Shown: positions 1 to 6,197 of the stretch, piece by piece | Layout of the letters: each line of letters begins with the position of its first letter | Numbering within the stretch: position 1 is the stretch's first letter | From: an uncultured Candidatus Saccharibacteria bacterium | GTDB taxonomy: Bacteria; Patescibacteriota; Minisyncoccia; Phycocordibacterales; Zambryskibacteraceae | Length of the DNA: 55,480 nt | Assembly (NCBI GenBank): GCA_964603485.1 | Contig: CAZRVE010000002.1 | Span: forward strand, 1-55,480 | Direction of reading: 5' to 3' | Notes under the pieces: model-generated | What the model saw: the letters and a program-made list of their open reading frames with translations, nothing else | Told to the model about the DNA's origin: nothing | Database searches by the model: none | Position numbers and translations under genes: made by a program

Positions 1-119
1 CGGAAATTTCCGGATCAAAGGTTGCTAGGCACCTCCCCGAAACTTATCGCAGCCACGCTACGTCCTTCATCGCTTTTCAGAGCCAAGGCATCCACCATGC
101 GCCCTTACATTCCCATTAG
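1..119 (-). rRNA. rrl: 23S rRNA, 5' terminal segment (partial; gene continues past window start)
   Basis: Reverse complement reads AAGGGCGCATGGTGGATGCCTTGGCTCTGAAAAGCGATGAAGGACGTAGCGTGGCTGCGATAAG..., the conserved 5' domain I of bacterial 23S rRNA. The 5' boundary (~115-120) is estimated by analogy to E. coli. Confidence 0.9.
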
Positions 120-487
120 GAAATGTAAAAACCGCTTCTCACATAACGCCTACAGCATTATGTGAGATGTTTGTTTTCTTCACGTTCGCTACGTGAAGAA
201 AACGTTTTTGCTTTGTCCTGTTTTATGAAATAAATCACAAAACAGAATTGTGTCTTACACTCCATACAATCAAGAGTGCAAGACGTTGTCGTTCCTATCT
301 CCAGAAGCGAAGACCCCCTCCATTTAGATGGAGAGAAACGCATACTGTGATAGGCATTCAGTTGTCAAAGAACATGTCCCTATGAAATGAAAGCACCGCC
401 CCTTTCGAAGCGGTGCTTGGCAACACGAAATTATCGGCTACCGGTTCCGCTTTGAAATAGGCTTTGAGTTCGTATACATAGTGACAG
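120..487 (-). other. Putative 23S rRNA 5' leader (hairpin-rich, no tRNA or 16S recognisable)
   Basis: Lies between the candidate promoter (494-521) and the 23S 5' end. Contains several clean hairpins: 141-169, 175-202, 328-343, 393-418. No tRNA T-arm consensus seen. Confidence 0.4.
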
Positions 488-493
488 AGGTAT

Positions 494-521
494 AGTATAC
501 CCATACAAAAACAAGTGTCAA
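494..521 (-). promoter_or_regulatory. Sigma70-type promoter TTGACA-N16-TATACT pointing at the 23S rRNA
   Basis: Minus strand: TTGACA (521-516), 16-nt spacer, TATACT (499-494). Confidence 0.5.
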
Positions 522-562
522 CAGAGGTAAAACTGACCCTCAAATAAGCCCTTTTTACCCCT

Positions 563-600
563 AAAAACAAAACCGCCCCGAGGTATTACCCAGGGCGGTT
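563..600 (-). terminator. Rho-independent terminator after CDS 623-1312
   Basis: Stem AACCGCCC (571-578) / GGGCGGTT (593-600), followed on the minus strand by a T-run. Confidence 0.7.
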
Positions 601-622
601 TTGTATATACACAGAGAGAAGA

Positions 623-1312
623 CTATTCGTGACTATGCATCTCGTTTCGCATCTTCTTGATGAAATCAGAAGCTGCCTCTTGACCACCGAGACCAAATGA
701 AAGTCCCACCGCAAGAGAAAGTGCGATCACAAATCCAGTAAAGAGAGTCTGGAAGAATGGAGCTGCGATACCAAGTTGTGCGAGTGCAATGAGGAATGCA
801 AAAATCCAGATTGACCATCGAGCAACTGCACCGAGCATACCAGCTGACCTTATGTCAGCTGCACGTGCAGAAGCAAGAACCGCTTTCTGCACTGCGTCTC
901 CAAGTACTCCTGCTACGAGAAGAACGAGTACTGCAACAATCACCTTCGGCAAGTACTCAAGAACTACTCCACGTAGGAAAAGATTTACCTCAGCCAAATT
1001 CAATACATCAAATGCAGCAACGAGGAACACAAGGATGATAAACCACTTAATGAGTCCACCAACAAATGCTCCAGAGTTTAGGTTAAGACCTCCTCGGTGA
1101 ACCATTTCATCTGCACCAGCTCTTTTAAGTGCTTCGTCAACACGAACAGAACGGAAAAGCTGAGCGATACCACGGCCCACTATTGTTCCTACCACCCACC
1201 CCAAAACGAAGATGATGATAGCGACAATAATATTCGGGAGATAACTTACAATTCCCATCCAGAGATTCTGAAACGATGCTTGGAGCGCAGAGCCCCATGT
1301 ATTAACAATCAT
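623..1312 (-). CDS. Multi-pass membrane protein with repeated TM-helix motif (mechanosensitive-channel-like 'conserved TM helix' family)
   Basis: Long ORF of alternating hydrophobic helices and short charged loops. ATG at 1312 preferred over the TTG at 1333; GGAGG lies upstream. Confidence 0.6.
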   Translation of the reverse strand: MIVNTWGSALQASFQNLWMGIVSYLPNIIVAIIIFVLGWVVGTIVGRGIAQLFRSVRVDEALKRAGADEMVHRGGLNLNSGAFVGGLIKWFIILVFLVAAFDVLNLAEVNLFLRGVVLEYLPKVIVAVLVLLVAGVLGDAVQKAVLASARAADIRSAGMLGAVARWSIWIFAFLIALAQLGIAAPFFQTLFTGFVIALSLAVGLSFGLGGQEAASDFIKKMRNEMHSHE

Positions 1313-1484
1313 GATACGTGCATACCTCCGCAAGGAGGGGTGTGAAAGCTTTTACGCTTCACGGTTACTAATAAACTGACCTTTAAACTTTTAAAGGAAT
1401 TAATAAAAGTGCTCTGAAACCATTATATCATCTCCCTATCCCCCTCTAGGGCTAAAAACCTGAAATGTGGATTACTTATATGAC

Positions 1485-1694
1485 CTAATTCCAAGATGCT
1501 AAATCAGCAGGAAGGACGTGCTTACGCATTACTTTTCCTGATTCATCCTCTTTTAAAACAAGGTATCGTCCGTCTTCTTCATCGAAACCCCTTACTATCC
1601 ATCCGTTCTCAATTTCTCCTGAGGATCTCCGTACGTTTACAACCTGTTCATTTTCAAAAACTCTTTCTTGAGGGCTATCAGAACCTTCGTTCAT
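1485..1694 (-). CDS. Small hypothetical protein (69 aa)
   Basis: ORF in an otherwise empty gap, co-directional with neighbours; no recognisable motif. Confidence 0.45.
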   Translation of the reverse strand: MNEGSDSPQERVFENEQVVNVRRSSGEIENGWIVRGFDEEDGRYLVLKEDESGKVMRKHVLPADLASWN

Positions 1695-1735
1695 ATATGT
1701 AAAACTATGCTAATAACAAAGGATTGAAATTGTGT

Positions 1736-2356
1736 TTATATAACCCCAATCTTATTCACAATTTTTTCATGTGGAAAATCGAGGATGTCACGAATGAGTT
1801 TGTCGTAAAGACCTAAACGATACTGGAAATCCGCAGTTTCAAATACAGCATAACGAATCTCCTTTCCCATTTCAGCTTCTATATTTCGAATTGCATTTTC
1901 AACAGAACCTTTCTTTATATGATCCCCTACCACGAGAAGATCAACCCGACTCTCTGAGTCTTGAATAAAAATACCTGCAGTAATCACAAGCTTCATATTG
2001 CCCGCTTTAGAAAGTTTGCGTGCAATATCTTTAGGGCTCAGATGATTAAGATTTACGAGAAACTGTTGGAGTGGAATAAGGAATTCAAAATCTGTATTGA
2101 GTATCCACCCACTTGTCTTTACCTTCCCTACAATTGTTCTGTTCCCTTTTTTTCGATGAACCGTTTTATAAAATACTCGTCGCTTAATGAGGTCCATCTT
2201 TTCTAATACGTGAACCTCTCGACGAACCTTTGATGAGCTCTCCTTTGTTCTGTCCGAAATCTGAGCCACATCATATGCGGTCCCAGAATTGAAGAGAAAC
2301 ATTTTTATAATTTTTACCTTTGCAGCCGATCCGAAGAGTTTCGTAAGCGTTTCCAT
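1736..2356 (-). CDS. Winged-helix DNA-binding protein, hypothetical function
   Basis: 206-aa ORF. The N-terminal 70 aa have a wHTH-like pattern (AYDVAQISDRTKESSSKVRREVHVLEKMDLIKRR). Confidence 0.55.
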   Translation of the reverse strand: METLTKLFGSAAKVKIIKMFLFNSGTAYDVAQISDRTKESSSKVRREVHVLEKMDLIKRRVFYKTVHRKKGNRTIVGKVKTSGWILNTDFEFLIPLQQFLVNLNHLSPKDIARKLSKAGNMKLVITAGIFIQDSESRVDLLVVGDHIKKGSVENAIRNIEAEMGKEIRYAVFETADFQYRLGLYDKLIRDILDFPHEKIVNKIGVI

Positions 2357-2462
2357 GACCTCCCGATTTTACCACCTTAAGGCCCTATTCGAAACTTATT
2401 GACTATTTCATAAAAAAATGACATAACTGGACAAGAACAGTCCCTCAATATAGGAGTTTCCA

Positions 2463-3041
2463 GTGAGTAAGCGTCGATTCGTGTTCTCCGTTCCCTATGC
2501 ATACGACTATGTGTTGCCGAGAGTATCTGGTGGCACTACCGAGAGGTGCGCGCAGGCACTCCACTTCGCAAGCGAAGAACTGAGCTCAGATGTCGACAGT
2601 ATTCGCTATACGATTCTCACCGCGGGCTACAGCAAAAAAAGCCCCCAAGAAGCTACCGAGGATCATCCCGTTTCTCTTGCAGCTCAGCAAAGCAACTATC
2701 TGAACTCACTCGGAGATACATCGAGACACCTCATCGACCCTTCGGGTTGGGGTACGTTTGCTGAAACGTTTCATTCAATACGTGTCATCAAACGAATTCT
2801 TCAGATGTACTCCATGGAGGACTCCGAAGTCCACGTGGTGGTAAGCTCAAACCCCTTCCACCTCTACGGTCGAGTTGCGCTCTGCTGGAAAGTAATGAAA
2901 CCTGAGGGTGGGAAAATTCAGTTCGTGGAAGCACATAATCGCTTCACATGGAAAGACCGCGTTCAGGAAGTTTTCCTGAAGATTCCGAACTACGCGTGGA
3001 GACTCTTCGTGAAAAAAGAACACCTCACCGCCTTGAGCTAA
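2463..3041 (+). CDS. DUF218/YdcF(SanA/ElyC)-like protein (GTG start)
   Basis: Pattern ...ILTAGYS...SLAAQ...VVVSSNPFHLYGR resembles the DUF218 core. Function assignment is weak. Confidence 0.45.
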   Translation: MSKRRFVFSVPYAYDYVLPRVSGGTTERCAQALHFASEELSSDVDSIRYTILTAGYSKKSPQEATEDHPVSLAAQQSNYLNSLGDTSRHLIDPSGWGTFAETFHSIRVIKRILQMYSMEDSEVHVVVSSNPFHLYGRVALCWKVMKPEGGKIQFVEAHNRFTWKDRVQEVFLKIPNYAWRLFVKKEHLTALS

Positions 3042-3059
3042 CGCTCTCGGCGGTTTTTT
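3027..3059 (+). terminator. Terminator overlapping the stop of CDS 2463-3041
   Basis: Stem ACCGCC / GGCGGT with inner GAGC/GCTC pairs, followed by TTTTTT. Confidence 0.55.
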
Positions 3060-3115
3060 ATTGATTTACTTTTATAAATAACTAGAATACCGAAAGACCC
3101 CCTCAAGGAGAACCT

Positions 3116-3553
3116 GTGAATCCTTTCGCGCTTAGGACATTATCAGAAGAAGAAGTGTCTCTCTTCCGCAAAATCGAGAAGGTCGTTGATCTTCTTCCGG
3201 ACATCGACCTTGGAACAGAAGGCGGGAAAGAAATCCCACTCTCCTGCCACTTGTTGGCCCAAGCAATCGGTACCTGTTTGCATCTCAAAGTTGAGACCGG
3301 TACGTATCACGACATCTTTGAGCACAGTTGGCTTCGGACACGAAGTGGGAAAATCATCGACGTGTATCCAGTCGCAACACTCGGCGGTCCTCTACTCATC
3401 GACAATCGACTACGCCTTGGACAGCTCTACCGCCCCACCTTTATTCGTGGAGTTTCTCGAGGAAATTCTCGTGACAAGAACTTCAGTAAATCTCTCCGTG
3501 AAGTCGAGAGAGTGGTGAAGAAAACTCTCGAAGACTTCGACCGAGAAAAATAG
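3116..3553 (+). CDS. Hypothetical protein (145 aa, GTG start)
   Basis: ORF followed by a strong terminator. An ordered Cys...His...Asp (SCHLL, EHSW, IIDVYP) hints at a papain/transglutaminase-like fold; this is speculative. Confidence 0.5.
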   Translation: MNPFALRTLSEEEVSLFRKIEKVVDLLPDIDLGTEGGKEIPLSCHLLAQAIGTCLHLKVETGTYHDIFEHSWLRTRSGKIIDVYPVATLGGPLLIDNRLRLGQLYRPTFIRGVSRGNSRDKNFSKSLREVERVVKKTLEDFDREK

Positions 3554-3565
3554 GTTCACACCAAT

Positions 3566-3594
3566 ATACCGAAGAAATTCTTCGGTATTTTTTT
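3566..3594 (+). terminator. Rho-independent terminator
   Basis: 9-bp stem ATACCGAAG / CTTCGGTAT, 5-nt loop, T7 run. Confidence 0.75.
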
Positions 3595-3597
3595 ACA

Positions 3598-3631
3598 ACA
3601 AAAAATCCCCCCGATTTATCCAGGGAGATTT
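3598..3631 (-). terminator. Terminator after rplL
   Basis: Stem AATCTCCC / GGGGGATT (one mismatch), followed by a T-run on the minus strand. Confidence 0.55.
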
Positions 3632-3654
3632 TTTCGTATTCAGATGAAAGAAGA

Positions 3655-4041
3655 TTACTTAAGTGTTACCTTTCCTCCAGCCTCTTCAACTTGCTTCTTA
3701 ATTGCCTCTGCCTCTTCCTTCTTCACGTCAGTCTTGAGCATTGCAGGAGCGCCATCAACGAGATCCTTTGCCTCCTTAAGACCAAGTCCCAAAACTTCCT
3801 TTACTACCTTGATCACTGCAATCTTGTTTGCACCACTATCAGTGAGCTCAATGTTTGCAGTATCCTTTGCCTCTTCAGCTGCGCCCGCTGCTGCAGGAGC
3901 TGCTGCAACCGCAGTTGCAGAAACACCAAACTTTGCCTCAAAAACCTTTACGAGTTCGTTCAAATCAAGAACGGACATCTTCTCGATTTCCTCGACAATT
4001 CCTTTGAATTTCGCAGGAACTTCTACTTTTGTTTCTTCCAT
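3655..4041 (-). CDS. rplL: 50S ribosomal protein L7/L12
   Basis: Ala-rich hinge ([12 protein letters not shown]) and C-terminal [27 protein letters not shown]... Confidence 0.95.
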   Translation of the reverse strand: MEETKVEVPAKFKGIVEEIEKMSVLDLNELVKVFEAKFGVSATAVAAAPAAAGAAEEAKDTANIELTDSGANKIAVIKVVKEVLGLGLKEAKDLVDGAPAMLKTDVKKEEAEAIKKQVEEAGGKVTLK

Positions 4042-4069
4042 AATTGTTTAATAAATTTGGATTAATAAA

Positions 4070-4558
4070 TTACGCTTTCTTTGATGCGATCTGATCAAGT
4101 GCAATAACAAATCTTTGAATCGGCGAATTGATGATATTCACAAACTTGCCGTGGAGTACTGGAAGTGGAGGAATCGTTGCGATTTCCATCATGTCCACTT
4201 GTCCAAGAATTTTCCCTTCAAAGATACCACCCAAGATCTTGAGATTGTCTGGACTCTTCTTTTGGAATCCATAGACTTCTCGCGCTGGTGCAATGAGGTC
4301 TTGTGACCATGCAATCGCAAGCTCTCCAGGAAGCTCAGGAATTTCTCCCTCAAGCTTTGCCTCAGCGAGCGCTCGGCGAACGAGTGTTTTCTTTGCTACA
4401 AAATATGTGACACCTGCATTCTTCAAAGCTCTTCGCATTTCGCTGATTCCTGCGACATTGAGTCCGTGAAAGTTTACGAATACGAACGACTTTGCGTGTG
4501 CAAATGCATCATGAAGTTTTGCAACAATTTCTTGTTTCTTCTCTTTTGTAATTGCCAT
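4070..4558 (-). CDS. rplJ: 50S ribosomal protein L10
   Basis: N-terminal KEKKQEIVAKL...FVFVNFHGLNVAGISEMRRALK pattern; sits immediately upstream of rplL. Confidence 0.9.
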   Translation of the reverse strand: MAITKEKKQEIVAKLHDAFAHAKSFVFVNFHGLNVAGISEMRRALKNAGVTYFVAKKTLVRRALAEAKLEGEIPELPGELAIAWSQDLIAPAREVYGFQKKSPDNLKILGGIFEGKILGQVDMMEIATIPPLPVLHGKFVNIINSPIQRFVIALDQIASKKA

Positions 4559-4692
4559 AAAATGTTTTTTTAAAAAACAAACGACCTTTAATAAGGCCGC
4601 AGGAGTTGCGACGAATCGTATTCGATTCGTTTGCCTCGGTAGGGCCTCTGTCCCAAATGGAACTGCCTACTGTCTTTGGCCTTATGGGCATA
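4559..4692 (-). promoter_or_regulatory. Structured rplJL 5' leader (candidate L10-leader-type autoregulatory RNA)
   Basis: Long-range helix ATAAGGCC / GGCCTTAT encloses internal hairpins (for example ACGAATCG-AATA-CGATTCGT), between the promoter and the rplJ ATG. Confidence 0.35.
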
Positions 4693-4720
4693 ACTCTACT
4701 GATTTATAGTTTTCTGTCAA
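4693..4720 (-). promoter_or_regulatory. Promoter TTGACA-N16-TAGAGT for rplJL
   Basis: Minus strand: TTGACA (4720-4715), 16-nt spacer, TAGAGT (4698-4693). Confidence 0.5.
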
Positions 4721-4753
4721 ACAAAAACCGCCCCTCCAAAAGCTGGGGCGGTT
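4721..4753 (-). terminator. Rho-independent terminator after CDS 4758-5042
   Basis: 9-bp stem AACCGCCCC / GGGGCGGTT, followed by a T-run on the minus strand. Confidence 0.7.
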
Positions 4754-4757
4754 CACG

Positions 4758-5042
4758 TTATGGCACGAGCGTAATCGGGATGACGTCGGCATGAGGGATG
4801 ACGGCCTTCAGAGCCTCCTCCGAAAGTGGGTGGAGAAACTCCTTGCACTTCGGGCAGGCTGGCCGGACAAGAACCGCCTCTTCGGGCTTACCTTCCACAT
4901 CCTCCACTTGGACAGGCGTCTCAGCTCCTACCAAGATTCGAGCGCCCGAGGCCTTGCAGGTCCAGCGATCAACTTCCTTCTCATCCGTGTTACGGTGTGC
5001 ATGACCTACGAGCCACGCCCAATCCGTCTTGAGAACGAACAT
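4758..5042 (-). CDS. Hypothetical protein, G+C-rich cassette (94 aa; C...CPKC motif)
   Basis: GGAGG sits 5 nt upstream of the ATG and the gene has its own terminator. All frames are open in this stretch, which indicates locally high G+C. Confidence 0.55.
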   Translation of the reverse strand: MFVLKTDWAWLVGHAHRNTDEKEVDRWTCKASGARILVGAETPVQVEDVEGKPEEAVLVRPACPKCKEFLHPLSEEALKAVIPHADVIPITLVP

Positions 5043-5148
5043 AATCCCTCCGAGGGGTGAGAGTAACGTTCTATTTCCTACCCTACCCTCCCCTCAAAAT
5101 CTGTCAATAATTATGTCTCGAGTATTATTTCTTATTGAAGGTCCTAAC

Positions 5149-5182
5149 GGAACAATTTGTTGCGACCGCAACAAATTGTTCC
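5149..5182. repeat. 34-bp perfect palindrome, copy 1 (GGAACAATTTGTTGCG-AC-CGCAACAAATTGTTCC)
   Basis: Read directly from the sequence: 16-bp arms with a 2-nt centre. Flanking AAC/GTT extends the arms to 19 bp. Confidence 0.95.
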
Positions 5183-5203
5183 GTTCTGTAGTTAGTGTAA
5201 AAT
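5176..5203 (+). promoter_or_regulatory. Candidate promoter TTGTTC-N16-TAAAAT overlapping the right arm of palindrome copy 1
   Basis: TTGTTC 5176-5181, 16-nt spacer, TAAAAT 5198-5203; ATG at 5218. Confidence 0.4.
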
Positions 5204-5217
5204 AATAAAATATAAAT

Positions 5218-5781
5218 ATGGAACGCTTAGAGGAAACAACCAGAAAAAATTCCCGTAAAAAGAAACTCAAAAATGCAGTGCTTTCAAGTATAAAAGTTGC
5301 AGGTCTTTTAAGCGTTGCGCTACTAGCACCAAACGCTTTACAGGTATTTGGGAAGAAGGGACTTCTTACTCAAAAAGAAGAGGATAGTGTACGGAGTGTT
5401 CGGAATCGTCTTATCAAGCAGGGCCTCATTGAATATTCTGGGAAAAACCTGGCACTTACTGCTAAAGGTGTTGCATTCATAAATAAATTAGAAGAAAGAA
5501 ATTTCCACATCACAAAGCCTAGAAAGTGGGATAAAAAATGGAGAATCATTATCTTTGACATAAAAGAGGGACGTAAAACCACTAGGGAAAAACTGCGCAG
5601 AACTTTAATTCAAATCGGATTTAAGAAACTGCAGAATAGCGTCTGGATATTCCCATACGACTGCGAGGATCTCGTAACTTTACTTAAAGCAGACTTCAAA
5701 ATCGGAAAGGAAGTCTTATATATAATCGCCGAGCACATTGAGTACGACAAGCGGCTGAAAGCTTTGTTCAGTTTAGGATAA
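5218..5781 (+). CDS. Stand-alone wHTH + Cas2-like (PaaX-C-like) domain protein
   Basis: The C-terminal WRIIIFDIKEGRKTTREKLRRTLIQIGFKKLQNSVWIFP matches the Cas2/PaaX ferredoxin-fold signature. The N-terminal half is basic and wHTH-like. No Cas1 gene or CRISPR array is present. Confidence 0.65.
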   Translation: MERLEETTRKNSRKKKLKNAVLSSIKVAGLLSVALLAPNALQVFGKKGLLTQKEEDSVRSVRNRLIKQGLIEYSGKNLALTAKGVAFINKLEERNFHITKPRKWDKKWRIIIFDIKEGRKTTREKLRRTLIQIGFKKLQNSVWIFPYDCEDLVTLLKADFKIGKEVLYIIAEHIEYDKRLKALFSLG

Positions 5782-5800
5782 CGAGCAATCCAGCACATCC

Positions 5801-5834
5801 GGAACAATTTGTTGCGGTCGCAACAAATTGTTCC
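5801..5834. repeat. 34-bp perfect palindrome, copy 2 (inverted relative to copy 1; centre GT)
   Basis: Exact reverse complement of copy 1. Lies between the convergent genes 5218-5781 (+) and 5850-6197 (-). Confidence 0.95.
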
Positions 5835-5849
5835 AACAACTTTAATGTA

Positions 5850-6197
5850 CTATTTTCTAAGTCTTTTCTTAAGGTACTTCACTCCGAACCAAATCAATAT
5901 AAGTACTACATATACCAGTACAGCCACAAGAATTGTTTGATCCCTGCTAGGGCCAAACATATTCTGGTCCGCATCGCGAGCTATAAGCCATGTAAGAGGT
6001 ATGTAGAATAGGGTAAATAATAAAAACAATCTATAGCTTGAGGTGGCCAGAGCCCATACTCCTGAGATACACATAAAAATAAACACAAGTAAACCAAATA
6101 CCCCCGCTTCGTCTGCCATTAAAAAAGATTCTAAAAGCGGAAAAGTTAAAATTCCTAAAATGATGTAAACAATAGTAAGTAAAGCAAATTTATTCAT
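5850..6197 (-). CDS. Small integral membrane protein (4 predicted TM helices)
   Basis: Hydrophobic 115-aa ORF; 4-nt overlap (ATGA-type coupling) with the upstream lipase gene. Confidence 0.6.
   Translation of the reverse strand: MNKFALLTIVYIILGILTFPLLESFLMADEAGVFGLLVFIFMCISGVWALATSSYRLFLLFTLFYIPLTWLIARDADQNMFGPSRDQTILVAVLVYVVLILIWFGVKYLKKRLRK

Noticed and set aside
158-570. ORFs 158-343 (-) and 358-570 (-) from the six-frame track
   Set aside because: They lie in the hairpin-rich leader between the 23S promoter and the 23S 5' end. They have no SD, no motifs and odd composition, so they are most likely non-coding.
3644-4065. Plus-strand ORFs 3644-4051 and 3691-4065
   Set aside because: They are antisense to the unmistakable rplL gene. 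The low-complexity Ser/Ala/Phe translation is typical of a shadow ORF.
5218-5781. A CRISPR-Cas locus, suggested by the Cas2-like signature
   Set aside because: The window contains no Cas1 or other cas gene and no array of short direct repeats with unique spacers. The three palindromes are 0.6-4.7 kb apart and flank genes, not spacers.
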